Source: an uncultured Gemmatimonadales bacterium
Lineage (GTDB): Bacteria; Gemmatimonadota; Gemmatimonadetes; Gemmatimonadales; GWC2-71-9
DNA length: 64,000 bases
Direction of reading: 5' to 3'
Assembly: GCA_963695555.1 (NCBI GenBank)
Contig: CAVOGR010000002.1
Location: forward strand, 192,001-256,000
In this document: positions 38,204 through 48,166 of the stretch, piece by piece
Layout: the number at the start of each line of letters is the position of its first letter
Numbering within the stretch: the stretch's first letter is position 1
Position numbers and translations under genes: made by a program
The notes under the pieces: model-generated
What the model saw: only the letters and a program-made list of their open reading frames with translations
The model's database searches: none
Told to the model about the DNA's origin: nothing

Positions 38204-38728
38204 CTAATCTACACTGGTGTCCGAGACCTGTCTGCGGACCATCGCCGCACAGCCAGCCTCGCCGGGCATGACAGACACGTGCCGGAAGGTGCCGGCCACG
38301 GCAAGCGTTTCTGGTCGCATGACGGATACGACTCGAGCGTCGAAGTGCCCACGCATGGTTCCGTCGCTTTCCTCCGCCACGCTCACCGAACCGCTCCGAC
38401 TCTGGAAAGCATAGACAGCGTTCTCCCCGAACCACCGAAGTGCAACAGCCGCCCCCGAACCCAGCGAATCGGTCGGATCATGCACTGGGTACTCTCCCGC
38501 TCGAATCGAGTCTTCCGGGTACACCACCACTCCAACACCGGTGTCGCCGAGAAGTCCGGTAACCTCGAGCCAGTGGCCCTCCCGACACCAGCGCGCTGTG
38601 GCCGGCGCCCGAATCTGTGCGGTGTCGGCTCCAACCCACTCGATCTCCATCACACCACCAGACGGCCCTCTGGGACCGCATGCCACGAGCAGCGCCACGC
38701 CGAGAGCCGCTGACGGCAGCCGATTCAC
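38204..38728 (-). CDS. hypothetical lipoprotein
   Basis: GTG start overlaps the thioesterase stop; lipobox LVAC. Confidence 0.65.
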   Translation of the reverse strand: MNRLPSAALGVALLVACGPRGPSGGVMEIEWVGADTAQIRAPATARWCREGHWLEVTGLLGDTGVGVVVYPEDSIRAGEYPVHDPTDSLGSGAAVALRWFGENAVYAFQSRSGSVSVAEESDGTMRGHFDARVVSVMRPETLAVAGTFRHVSVMPGEAGCAAMVRRQVSDTSVD

Positions 38729-39192
38729 GCTCGGCCCCCCGGCACATTCAGGTACGCCCGGGCAGCGCTCTTCGACAGCGTATACGGCTCGAGCGTGGCC
38801 ACGAGGTCTGGAGGTAGGGGTTTCGACTTGAGCGCCTTCCGATCGGTGGCCACTAAGACCAGATGCCCGTCCGCAGCCAGGCACTGCTGGCCGAGGTGAA
38901 TGACATCGACGTTTAGCGTGATTGACTTGGTTCCGATGCGGCCGAAGTACGCTGCGACGCGCAAACGGTCGTCGAGCCGGGCCGGATAATGGAATTCGGA
39001 ATGGACCTGCACTCGAGGGAGATAGAGATCGTATTTGTCGAAGACGATGCTGTAGGGCAGTCCCACCGAGCGGAACAGCTCGGTCTCGGCCAACTCGAAA
39101 AATCGGACGTAGGAGCCATAGAAGATGATCCCGGCCGCATCGACCTCGGACCATCGCACGTATTCATCAATGACAAAGGGCTTGGCCGTCAT
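38725..39192 (-). CDS. acyl-CoA thioesterase (YbgC/4HBT hotdog family)
   Basis: VRWSEVDAAGII..Y.RFFELAE, PARLDD. Confidence 0.9.
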   Translation of the reverse strand: MTAKPFVIDEYVRWSEVDAAGIIFYGSYVRFFELAETELFRSVGLPYSIVFDKYDLYLPRVQVHSEFHYPARLDDRLRVAAYFGRIGTKSITLNVDVIHLGQQCLAADGHLVLVATDRKALKSKPLPPDLVATLEPYTLSKSAARAYLNVPGGRA

Positions 39193-39258
39193 GTGCTCTC
39201 CCTTCGAGAGCCGGGAAGGTAGGCCGCTCGCAGGTAAGGCGGTAGGCCGGTCCCACGT

Positions 39259-41448
39259 CTACCGAGGGGCGCCAAATACGAGGTCGATTCTGAGCCCGCT
39301 CCCACCCGGGCTGAGCGGCACGCTCAAATCCAGTCGGGCCAATCCTCGGAGTGCCGAGACTCCGATCCCGCCTCCGACCAATACGCGCTGACCGAAGAGT
39401 CCATCGAGTTCGCCTACCTGCCCGGCATCGATGAAAAGCACCGGACGAACCCAATTCCGGTTGAGGGCCCAGTCAACCTGGGTCGCCCACATGGCCTGGC
39501 CGCGCGCGGTGCCATAGTCGAACCCACGTACACTCTGCAGCCCTCCGAGCCGGAACTGATGTTGTGGCAGCGTTGGGCGGCTGGCAACACCGGCGCGAGC
39601 CTGGAGTGTGAGACCGCCCGCGAGTGCGAAGGGCTGCCGCCAGTGCCCAACGAGGCGGCCGGCTACCTCTCCCTCACCCGTCATGCCGTCGACCTGCAGA
39701 CGCCAACTGGCCGGCCCGCTTAGCCCCTCGAATCCGAGGGACAGTATGCCATAAAGGCCATCGCGAATCGTTGGGTTGGCCGGAAAATTACCGGGCCCCC
39801 CGAGCACATCATTGAGCCCCGATGTGGCACCCCCGCGCACGCTTGATTGGTCCTCGACACGGCCGGTGAGCGTGAGCTCCCATCCGCTCGGAAGCGAGGT
39901 CTCATACCGTACCGAGCCCCCATGAGCAAGGTAGTAGTCAGCGTTGTCGTGTGCGGTGAAGAGCGCGTTGAGCGAATTGCCCGCCGTCTTCACCCGGAAG
40001 AACGGGTCGATCTCTCGGAGATCTCGATATGCGCTGAGGGTCACTCGTCCACCGGGACCATCTCGAATCAAAACAAGCCGGGCGAGTGCTCGGGCATCGC
40101 TCAGCCCAAAGCGCGCGGTGCCGTGGAGAGAGGTGAAGGTGGTTCCGGGTACCCGCCAGCGATAGCCGACACCGGCGGATAGTCCCTGGACCCGATTGAA
40201 ACGCAGAATGTCGGCGAAGCGTTCGTACGCGATACCGGCGCGAGGCCTGCCGGTCATGTCACTGGAGAGACCTTCAGTCAGTCGCTCCAGCTCCGCCCGC
40301 ACCCCGAGGATTCGCTCCTCGTCCTGGGCGGAACGGTTCAGGTCGAGTGGCTCAAGCCATCCGGCATAGGCCTCGAGTGAGTCACTGGGAGGGTAGTGAA
40401 TCTGGAACCGCCCCCCGCCCCATGTGCCGGCATAATCTCGCGACGACCGAACACCTCGTTCAGCCGATCGGCCTCGGCGGTCTCTTGCACCGCTCCGCCA
40501 CTCTCCTCGGCTCTCCTCCCACCCATCCGGCACTTCGCCCCCAGCCGAGTCTGGCATCGCAACGGTGAAGCGAATCGGCTCTCCCGTATTGATGGCATAA
40601 TCATCGAACGTGGTGGTGGCCTCGAACGGTACCACTATGTCGGTGATGAGCGGTACCTGAATCGTTCCTGAAACGACTTGGCGGTAGGGCATCCAGTACC
40701 GACCGTCTTGCTGACCGTACTCGAGATCGGCATCCACCCGGAGAATCCGGTTGATCAGAGCGTTCTCGCGACGGGCGGCTGCGGAGTCTCTCGTGGTCAG
40801 CTTGTCCGGAACCGACCACAGGCCAGTCCCTACGAACCGGAAGGTGAAACGCACAACCTGGGCGGTCGCGGCATCCACCCAGATTGCCCCGGCCACCAGG
40901 GCTAACCCCTCTCGTTGTGGCAGCACCTCGAGCTTGGAGACCCGGAGCACTCCCTCGGGGGTCGTGATCACCAGGCTATCGACCAGCGCGTAGCGATACC
41001 ACTCGGGACCGTCGCGGGCGAAGGGATGCAGCGCCGCCCGCTCGGGTACCTCGTTCGCGAAGAAGGAAACCGAGTCACCCAATCCTCTCGGCACAAACCA
41101 CGGTTTGTCAAAGAGGGACTGGATTTCCCATTGCTCCGATCGGGCCTGAGCCCGTCGTCCGACTATATCGACCTTAATGTCGTTGGGACGGCGCCAGCGA
41201 ATGAGCGCTTCCTGTTCTTCGGCACTTGCGATCGGGATACGGGCCCAGCGCCGCTTCCCGAACGAGAACGACAGGCGATACCGCAGGCGGGCGTGGTAAT
41301 CGGTGACGGCCGAGTCTTGACTGTGGTGCCGGGCGATCGCTCGGCGCACCAGTGACTCGGTCGTTCGATCGGCAAATGTTGCCGTGGAATCAGACTGTGG
41401 GGCTTGGGCTGAGAGAGAGGCGAGGACTACTAGGCCGAGGAGGCCCAT
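39259..41448 (-). CDS. large outer-membrane protein with C-terminal beta-barrel (Omp85-like)
   Basis: Signal peptide MGLLGLVVLASLSAQ; RFNRVQG, LGGLQSVRGFDYG, LFIDAG. Confidence 0.75.
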   Translation of the reverse strand: MGLLGLVVLASLSAQAPQSDSTATFADRTTESLVRRAIARHHSQDSAVTDYHARLRYRLSFSFGKRRWARIPIASAEEQEALIRWRRPNDIKVDIVGRRAQARSEQWEIQSLFDKPWFVPRGLGDSVSFFANEVPERAALHPFARDGPEWYRYALVDSLVITTPEGVLRVSKLEVLPQREGLALVAGAIWVDAATAQVVRFTFRFVGTGLWSVPDKLTTRDSAAARRENALINRILRVDADLEYGQQDGRYWMPYRQVVSGTIQVPLITDIVVPFEATTTFDDYAINTGEPIRFTVAMPDSAGGEVPDGWEESRGEWRSGARDRRGRSAERGVRSSRDYAGTWGGGRFQIHYPPSDSLEAYAGWLEPLDLNRSAQDEERILGVRAELERLTEGLSSDMTGRPRAGIAYERFADILRFNRVQGLSAGVGYRWRVPGTTFTSLHGTARFGLSDARALARLVLIRDGPGGRVTLSAYRDLREIDPFFRVKTAGNSLNALFTAHDNADYYLAHGGSVRYETSLPSGWELTLTGRVEDQSSVRGGATSGLNDVLGGPGNFPANPTIRDGLYGILSLGFEGLSGPASWRLQVDGMTGEGEVAGRLVGHWRQPFALAGGLTLQARAGVASRPTLPQHQFRLGGLQSVRGFDYGTARGQAMWATQVDWALNRNWVRPVLFIDAGQVGELDGLFGQRVLVGGGIGVSALRGLARLDLSVPLSPGGSGLRIDLVFGAPR

Positions 41449-41891
41449 CGGCTGCGACCGTCGCGATGGATGCCGTACGCCTTGAGGCGGCGCCAGAGCG
41501 TCGTGCGGCTGATACCGAGGTAGCGGGCTGTTTCGGCAAGCTTCCAATTGTGGATGTCGAGCGACTTGACGATGGCTTCGCGCTCGCGATCGGCCAGGGT
41601 GCTCGGGCCGGAGCCACCTGGGATGAACATGGCCTCGCCCACGACCAGCGATCCCGCTTTCAATGATCGGACCCGCCCTCCCATGGCCGCCAACTTGGGC
41701 TGGAGCGAGGTGGCGTTCTCGAGTTCGATCGGGGTATCGAGCGCCTCTCGCGCGGGCATGTTCGCGTAGAGGATTCTCCCGTTGGGGTCGAACACCACAA
41801 CACCCTCGGCGAAGCCGTCGAGGAGGGCCTTCGCCAGAGGGGAGAAGACGGAAGGCAGAGCGCTGGGACTCGGATTCTCTGTCATGGTCAT
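41430..41891 (-). CDS. PAS + Fis-type HTH protein
   Basis: EGVVVFDPNGRILYAN (PAS); TLADREREAI..L..HNW..AETARYLGISRTTLWRRLK (HTH_8). Confidence 0.85.
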   Translation of the reverse strand: MTMTENPSPSALPSVFSPLAKALLDGFAEGVVVFDPNGRILYANMPAREALDTPIELENATSLQPKLAAMGGRVRSLKAGSLVVGEAMFIPGGSGPSTLADREREAIVKSLDIHNWKLAETARYLGISRTTLWRRLKAYGIHRDGRSRWASSA

Positions 41892-42060
41892 ACGATCGAT
41901 ACGGGAATATACGGGACCAAGTTTCAAGACGCGACGTACGGCTCGGGACATCCAGCGTCCGCCTTTTACTGAGAGACGAACCGCGGGGCGGCGAATAGAC
42001 ACAACGGGCAAAGAGGTAGGCCGCCCCCCCTTGATTTCCGTAGCCTGGCAACGCATGGTA

Positions 42061-42080
42061 TTGACTGACCAGTCAGCCAA
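42061..42080. promoter_or_regulatory. near-palindrome, candidate TetR operator
   Basis: TTGACTGACCAGTCAGCCAA (16/20 self-complementary), 20 nt upstream of the TetR start. Confidence 0.55.
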
Positions 42081-42099
42081 ACCCGTGACGAGTGGTGCC

Positions 42100-42633
42100 A
42101 TGCAACCCATGATTCGACAACGCATTACCGATGCGGCCACCCGGGTCTTGATCCGCGATGGCCTGGATCGCTGGACCGTCGAGGCCGTGGCGACGGAGGC
42201 GGGCTGCGCGAAGGGCCTGGTTCATTACCACCACGGAACAAAGGCCAAGTTACTCGCCGAGGTGGCGCAGCAGATGTCCCGAAGCCGTATGGACCAACGG
42301 CGCAGCGCCCTCACGCACTCCGGAGCTTCGAGCCTCGACGCCTTGTGGGCGATGCTCGAGGGCAACGTCTCCTCCGGCAAGACGGCCGCGTGGCTTTCAC
42401 TTCTGGGGTACCGGGGTGGGGCCACCGAGCGGTTAGGCCCGAGTGATGACGAACTCGGTGAGTTCGCGGAGCGGGCTGCCCGAGCTTTGGCCCTCCCTGC
42501 CCTGCCACTGGCCAAAGGTCGGGCCCTTCACGCGGCCCTCGATGGGTTCGAAATCGCCCTGGCCACTCAGTCGGACACCGAGGCGGTCCATGAGGCCTAT
42601 CACACGCTCTGGCTCGTGATGATCTCTGTCTAA
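42100..42633 (+). CDS. TetR/AcrR family transcriptional regulator
   Basis: RITDAA..G..TVEAVATEAGCAKGLVHYHHGTKAKLL. Confidence 0.9.
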   Translation: MQPMIRQRITDAATRVLIRDGLDRWTVEAVATEAGCAKGLVHYHHGTKAKLLAEVAQQMSRSRMDQRRSALTHSGASSLDALWAMLEGNVSSGKTAAWLSLLGYRGGATERLGPSDDELGEFAERAARALALPALPLAKGRALHAALDGFEIALATQSDTEAVHEAYHTLWLVMISV

Positions 42634-45203
42634 CGACTGCGCCGCGCCCGCCGCGGGGTCTTTGCCTTCCGCCGGTGAGACGTGGCTCCGCGGGATTCCC
42701 GCGAAAGCTCGCGGAGTTTGGTACGCAATTCCGGAAGGCTCTGCGCTCGGACCGCCGGCTGCTGGCCCCTGACGACGGTGAACCAAATGGGGCGGCCAAC
42801 ATCAGGCAGGTCTGACTCTTGGAGACGCCTGGCCTGTCCCTCGCGGAGCTGAAGACGGGCGATCCCCACGCCGCCCTCCACGTCGTAGCCGATGGGCACG
42901 GCATCGCCGCGCACCCGCACCTTCGACGGCAGGGCATTCAACCGTCGCCGCACACCGCGCTCCACCAACGATTCCCCATCGAGGTTGACGGGAGTCGCGA
43001 GAAACGACCGCCATCCCGTGACATGATCGAGCTGCGTCCGGACCAGCTGGCGGACGGCGTGGGGCGCGATGTGGTCGAGGTCGCCACCGGAGCGCCGATA
43101 GAGCTCTCCGAGGTCGCGCGCCGCGTCGCGCACCGTCCTCTGGCTGGGATGGGAGGTTCCTCCCGCGAGCAATGCCTCCGTCAGCGCGTCCCGGGCCGGC
43201 CCCAGAAGCTCGTTCGGGACCGGGTCGGGCAGCGCGGAGACCTCCGTGTCCAACGCGAATCCGAAGTACTCGAGGCGGCGTTCCGCCGTGAGCTGCGGCC
43301 GCTTGCGCGGGCCTGTCACGCTCACGATCGGCGGGCCCAGCACGGCGTGGCGGCGAATCAGCTCGTAGGGTAGCGTGGTGCCTTCGATAGCGGCACGGGG
43401 CCTGCCGAACCGGTCGGCGAAGTAGCGTAGGGTCCCGGCAACGGCCCCCCAGCTGCCGGCCATCGATGCTCGTGCCACCCTGGCTTCTTGGCCATCAATG
43501 GTCTGTTCATCAATCACCAGATCGAACGGACACACGCGGGCCACCAACTCCATGAACTGACGCTTCAATGCTTTCGAGACGACCGGAAGTTGCTTGGGCA
43601 GTGGGAGCTCAAGCGAACGATAGACGGACGCCATGCCCATCGCGGCATCCTCAATCGCCTTGACCAGAATCCCGCGCTCCAGGGCCCACTCGTCCAGGCC
43701 GTCATCGAACACGTGTCGTGGCAGGCCATAGACCGCGCCGATGGTTCCGAACTGATTCACCGCCTGGGCGTACAGGTTATACGTTGTGAGGTGGTCGCTC
43801 CCATTGACGAGGAGGCCGTGGAGATCTCGCTCGTCTCTGGTCATGCGATGGAGTGAGTCGATGTTTGCGATGACGGCTACGATGGGAATGAGGGGGGTGT
43901 CGGCATGCACCAACAATTCCCCCAACGGCCGCTCGACCGGCAGTGCCTCGACCTCGCGACCATAGGTGGTCAGCCGACCATTCGACACCAATCCACGCGC
44001 CGTCAGCAAATCGATACCCTTGCGATACGCCGCGCGATCGAGCGGTACCGGAAGGTCGAGTTCGCCGGCATCCACCCCGAGTGAGGCACAGGTCATGGCG
44101 ACACGCTCGGTGTCGCCGGCCAGTTGAAATTCGGGCGGCCCGGGACGCAGTTCGTCGAACACGAGATCCCGATCGCTGAGGATCGTCACCTCGCCGGAAG
44201 GCACCCGCCCGTGAACTCGTCCCGCCATCTGAAGGATCTCGTTGGCGCCGAGGTAGAGCCGATGCAGCACCTTCCGGCCACCATCGACTACCATGGCGTA
44301 TCGGGCATCGTAAATCACCACCGTATTCAGCCCGGGTAGATTGAGCGCGGACTGACCCGCGGCGGTCATGGCGAGCAGCCACGGGTGTTCAACGGCACCC
44401 TCGAGAAAGGGCCGGATGACGCGAATCGGCTCACCGCCGTGATAGAACGCGGTGGCCAGCCGCCGCCACTCGGCACCGAGCCGAGCCGCCAATTGTTCCA
44501 CTTCGGCCCGGGTCGGCACGAACACGGCAACGCCACGCCGTTCCTTTATCAGTCGCCGGAGGTATCTCGCGTCCAGAAATTCCTCGACACGCCGGGGGAC
44601 GACAGACACGTCGGCTCGCAGGTTGGGATCGAACGCGGACGTGGTGAGGACGTTCGTCGAATCGAGATACTCGGCGTAGAACGTGGGATCTACAGTCGCA
44701 CTCAGCCAGATGAACCGACATCCCGCCCGCTTCCCCAACGCGAGACACAGTTCTAGTTCAGCGGAAGTTTGGTGGATTTCATCGACCACGAGCGTGTCGC
44801 GGGCGCTGATGAGAGTGTCCTCGAACCAGCGGCGTGCAATGCCGGTGGTCACGATGATGACGTTCCAGTTCGGGGTCTCGGGAGTCGCCTCGCGTTCGCG
44901 GTTGACGACTCCTACGGCTAGTGGCTCTTGAAGAATTTCCCCGGCAATCGGACGGATACCGAGGGTCTTGCCGGTACCCGTGCCCGCGACGATGCCGAAA
45001 CCCGTCCCGGATCTGGCCCAGGCACGGATCTCCGGACCATGCTCACGCTCGAGCAGGGTGGATACATGCGTCGCGAGCGCGAGCTCGATCGTTTCACAGG
45101 CTGCCCGGGTCGGCGCGATCACGATGACGCGCCCACGCGGGTGACGTGCTCGGCGGTAGGCCTCCGGATCCGGAGGAAGAAGATGATCGCGTCCCGGGTG
45201 CAT
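42630..45203 (-). CDS. DExH-box SF2 helicase (HrpA/HrpB-like)
   Basis: GTGTGKT, DEIH, SAT, VFVP, QMAGRVHGR; start uncertain. Confidence 0.85.
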   Translation of the reverse strand: MHPGRDHLLPPDPEAYRRARHPRGRVIVIAPTRAACETIELALATHVSTLLEREHGPEIRAWARSGTGFGIVAGTGTGKTLGIRPIAGEILQEPLAVGVVNREREATPETPNWNVIIVTTGIARRWFEDTLISARDTLVVDEIHQTSAELELCLALGKRAGCRFIWLSATVDPTFYAEYLDSTNVLTTSAFDPNLRADVSVVPRRVEEFLDARYLRRLIKERRGVAVFVPTRAEVEQLAARLGAEWRRLATAFYHGGEPIRVIRPFLEGAVEHPWLLAMTAAGQSALNLPGLNTVVIYDARYAMVVDGGRKVLHRLYLGANEILQMAGRVHGRVPSGEVTILSDRDLVFDELRPGPPEFQLAGDTERVAMTCASLGVDAGELDLPVPLDRAAYRKGIDLLTARGLVSNGRLTTYGREVEALPVERPLGELLVHADTPLIPIVAVIANIDSLHRMTRDERDLHGLLVNGSDHLTTYNLYAQAVNQFGTIGAVYGLPRHVFDDGLDEWALERGILVKAIEDAAMGMASVYRSLELPLPKQLPVVSKALKRQFMELVARVCPFDLVIDEQTIDGQEARVARASMAGSWGAVAGTLRYFADRFGRPRAAIEGTTLPYELIRRHAVLGPPIVSVTGPRKRPQLTAERRLEYFGFALDTEVSALPDPVPNELLGPARDALTEALLAGGTSHPSQRTVRDAARDLGELYRRSGGDLDHIAPHAVRQLVRTQLDHVTGWRSFLATPVNLDGESLVERGVRRRLNALPSKVRVRGDAVPIGYDVEGGVGIARLQLREGQARRLQESDLPDVGRPIWFTVVRGQQPAVRAQSLPELRTKLRELSRESRGATSHRRKAKTPRRARRSR

Positions 45204-45249
45204 CGGTGGAAGAAAAGGCTGGTGGCGGAACGAAGGGAAGGGCCCAAAC

Positions 45250-45283
45250 GACAGCGATCCCCACTCACGTGGGGATCGCTGTC
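45250..45283 (-). terminator. hairpin terminator downstream of the 45335..45814 gene
   Basis: GACAGCGATCCCCAC-TCAC-GTGGGGATCGCTGTC, perfect 15-bp stem, followed by GTTT on the minus strand. Confidence 0.75.
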
Positions 45284-45334
45284 CTGCATCTATACCCTCA
45301 GGCGCCGTGTGGCGCTCGTTTCAGTACGCCGGCC

Positions 45335-45814
45335 TTAGTCGTCGTAGTCCCAATACTCACGCGCCCCCACCTCCCGGACTCGCCGATTCCGATCATCGCT
45401 TCTCAGTCGGTCCGGTGCATCGTGATAGAATCGTCCGCCGCGTTCCCACACGACCACGCGCCGAAATGCCAAACCACGACGATTCAGGCGGTCGAAGGCG
45501 GCTCGATCATAGAATCGACCTGCATAGACATAGAGCGTGACCGGTCGATACCCATGTCGCTTCCACCAGCCGCGGGCTTGGCCGCGGGGCGCGTGCAGTC
45601 GCGCCACCCGAATGGCTCGAACGGGATAGCGATGCCCGACAAATCGCCGGTCGACATCATAGCGATAGCCATGAGGACGATCTCCAATGATTACATGTCC
45701 GCGAACCGGTCCGGAGCGGAGGACAACGTCCGCCGTCACGCGTTGCCCCGCTGCCGTTGCCGGGGCCGCAACGAAGAGCGCAACCAGCGCGCCCATTGGT
45801 ATCAGATGTCTCAT
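45335..45814 (-). CDS. secreted Arg/Tyr/His-rich hypothetical protein
   Basis: Signal peptide, GGAGG RBS, own terminator. Confidence 0.75.
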   Translation of the reverse strand: MRHLIPMGALVALFVAAPATAAGQRVTADVVLRSGPVRGHVIIGDRPHGYRYDVDRRFVGHRYPVRAIRVARLHAPRGQARGWWKRHGYRPVTLYVYAGRFYDRAAFDRLNRRGLAFRRVVVWERGGRFYHDAPDRLRSDDRNRRVREVGAREYWDYDD

Positions 45815-45852
45815 TGGTGCCTCCAACCTCGTTAGGTCCTGACGAATGGAGG

Positions 45853-45940
45853 TGCCAGGGACGTGCCATTTCCATAAGTGATTGATAAAAAAGGAGATAC
45901 AGTATATCGACTGGCACCGGAGTGTCCTCTTTCACGGACA
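45853..45940 (-). promoter_or_regulatory. sigma54-type promoter with IHF site and candidate upstream activator palindrome
   Basis: Minus strand TGGCAC-N5-TGGCA (45868-45853); TATCAATCACTTA matches IHF consensus WATCAAN4TTR (45887-45875); TGTCC-N8-GGACA (45923-45940). Confidence 0.65.
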
Positions 45941-46138
45941 TTCCTCTGCGCCTGGCGACACGAGACCGCCGGCAGGACCAGGGATGGGTCACCCTGCGCG
46001 GTCAACCGCAGGGGCGGCCCGCGGACTCGACGGGGCTCAGCCGACGGCCTACCTTTCCGCTCCGCCTCTCCCCCAGGCGGCACAACCGGCTCGTTGTCGG
46101 TACTGGATTCACCTCCATCGAATCGGCGAGGCTTCGAC

Positions 46139-46636
46139 GTGAGCGCAGCGTACCGAGTTCGGGTGAGCAAGGACTACCTCACGTTTGCCTCTGCCCACTT
46201 CATCACATTCCAAGGGCATCGTTGTGAGACGCTGCATGGACACAACTACCGGGTCGCGGCCACCGTCGAAGGGGCGCTCGACCCGGAGTGTCAGTTCGTC
46301 GTCGACTTTGGTGTGCTCAAGGCTGTGTTGCGGCGCCTGGTGGAGGATATCGACCACAAGGTCTTGCTTCCAACCAAGAACCCCAAGGTGGGGTTACGCG
46401 AGGAGCAGGACCGCCTTTTCGTGGATTATCTGGGCACATCGACGTACGTCTTTCCGGTCAGGGATTGCGCCTTGCTTCCCATTGCGAACACGACGGCAGA
46501 AGAACTTGCAGCGCACTTTGCCGCAGAAGTGCGCGAGCACCTGCTTCGTGACGGCTATACCAGCCTCACCGCCCTGGAGATCGAAGTGGAGGAGAGTTTC
46601 GGCCAGTCCGCGACCTACCGGGCACCGCTTCCCTAG
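46139..46636 (+). CDS. 6-pyruvoyl-tetrahydropterin synthase/QueD family (PTPS-I/III-type motif)
   Basis: FASAHF, CETLHGHNY, DFG, DH, TTAEE, EVEES. Confidence 0.9.
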   Translation: MSAAYRVRVSKDYLTFASAHFITFQGHRCETLHGHNYRVAATVEGALDPECQFVVDFGVLKAVLRRLVEDIDHKVLLPTKNPKVGLREEQDRLFVDYLGTSTYVFPVRDCALLPIANTTAEELAAHFAAEVREHLLRDGYTSLTALEIEVEESFGQSATYRAPLP

Positions 46637-46675
46637 GCGGGTCGCGCCGCTCGGGGTGCCGCCACAGATGTTTCG

Positions 46676-48166
46676 ATGACTCACGCCGCTCCGGCATTGG
46701 CCCTGGAACTCAGTTCCCCACTCGCGCCGACGGATGCGTGTGCGCGCTTTCTCGACCTTCCGCACGTCCTCCTGCTCGACAGCGCAGCCGTGAGCTCTCA
46801 ACGGGGGCAGTTCTCGTTCTTGGCTGCCGATCCTGCCTTCGTGGTTCGAAGCAAGGGCCCGATCACCTCGGTTCGCGCTCGGGGATCGACCGTTTGGCAC
46901 GCAGCCCCGGGCGGAGCGCTCGAGACGGTGGAGCGGCTCCTGGAGACCTTCGCCACCGACCGGCTGGCCGGTCTTCCGCCCTTTCAAGGCGGGGCCGCCG
47001 GATACATCGGATACGAGTACGGCGGCCGGCTCGAGCGGTTGCCCGCTCCGTCGATTGATACACTCACCCTGCCGGACGTGGTGCTCGGCGTCTACGACTG
47101 GGTGGTGGCGTGGGATCATGCAACCGGTCACGCCTGGATCGTCTCGACGGGAATACCCGAGCGAGGTTGGCGGGCTGAGAGGCTGGCTCGCGATCGCCTG
47201 CAGATGGTAACGGACCGGCTCGCTGGGCCGGCCCAGGCTCCCACGCCAGTACCCCGCGTGCGCCCCAGACCAGCAATCGACAGCGTTCCGGTTCGTGATG
47301 TCCCTGGCGCCGACGCTATCGGTCTCCGGTCGACATTCAGCCGCGAGGGATACGTCCAGGCAGTGCGGCGTGTCCGCGAGTACATCCTGGCGGGGGACAT
47401 CTTTCAGGCCAATCTCTCTCAACGGTTCGATGCTCGGCAGGCCGGGTCCCCGTTCCTGGCCTATCGCCGATTGCGCCACCGCACCCCGGCGGCATTTGCA
47501 GCCTATCTCGTCACCGACGATGCTATCGTCCTGTCCGCGTCCCCCGAGCGCTTTTTGCGACTGGACCATCGCGGCCATGTCGAATCATCCCCGATCAAGG
47601 GTACCCGGCCCCGCGGGGATTCTCCGGAGGGCGACACCGCCCTTGCGGCGGAACTCCTGTCGAGCGAGAAGGACCGCGCCGAGAATGTCATGATCGCCGA
47701 TCTCCTGCGGAACGACCTGTCACGGGTGTGCCGCCCGGGGTCGGTCAGGGCCAGCACCATGCTCGAGCTCGAGACACACCCGACGGTCCACCACCTGGTA
47801 TCCACCATCGTCGGCGAGCTTTTGCCGGACTCGAACAGGTTCGATCTCCTCCGCGCCACGTTTCCGGGAGGGTCGATCACCGGCGCTCCCAAGGTGCGGG
47901 CCATGGAAATCATCGCAGAGCTCGAGCCGACGGTTCGCGGCGTGTACTGCGGATCCATCGGGTATTTGAGCGTGACCGGCGAGATGGATCTCAGCATTGC
48001 CATCCGTACCGGCGTGCGGGTTGGGCAGCAGTTTTACTTCCAAGCCGGAGGCGGCATCGTGGCGGACTCCGATGCCGAATCGGAATACCAGGAGACCCTG
48101 GACAAGGCGCGGGCCTTGATCGACGCCTGCCACGGGGCACCACAACCGGTCGAGATCGACCGATGA
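46676..48166 (+). CDS. pabB: aminodeoxychorismate synthase component I
   Basis: LLDS, GDIFQANLSQRF, SPERF, PIKGT (PabB signature), FPGGSITGAPK. Confidence 0.93.
   Translation: MTHAAPALALELSSPLAPTDACARFLDLPHVLLLDSAAVSSQRGQFSFLAADPAFVVRSKGPITSVRARGSTVWHAAPGGALETVERLLETFATDRLAGLPPFQGGAAGYIGYEYGGRLERLPAPSIDTLTLPDVVLGVYDWVVAWDHATGHAWIVSTGIPERGWRAERLARDRLQMVTDRLAGPAQAPTPVPRVRPRPAIDSVPVRDVPGADAIGLRSTFSREGYVQAVRRVREYILAGDIFQANLSQRFDARQAGSPFLAYRRLRHRTPAAFAAYLVTDDAIVLSASPERFLRLDHRGHVESSPIKGTRPRGDSPEGDTALAAELLSSEKDRAENVMIADLLRNDLSRVCRPGSVRASTMLELETHPTVHHLVSTIVGELLPDSNRFDLLRATFPGGSITGAPKVRAMEIIAELEPTVRGVYCGSIGYLSVTGEMDLSIAIRTGVRVGQQFYFQAGGGIVADSDAESEYQETLDKARALIDACHGAPQPVEIDR

Noticed and set aside
41449..42051. 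N-terminal extensions of ORF-track calls (39259..42051; likewise 52956..55409, 24620..26314, 47728..48810, 38204..39154)
   Set aside because: Extensions overlap other genuine genes; internal starts fit signal peptides, RBS or stop-start overlaps better
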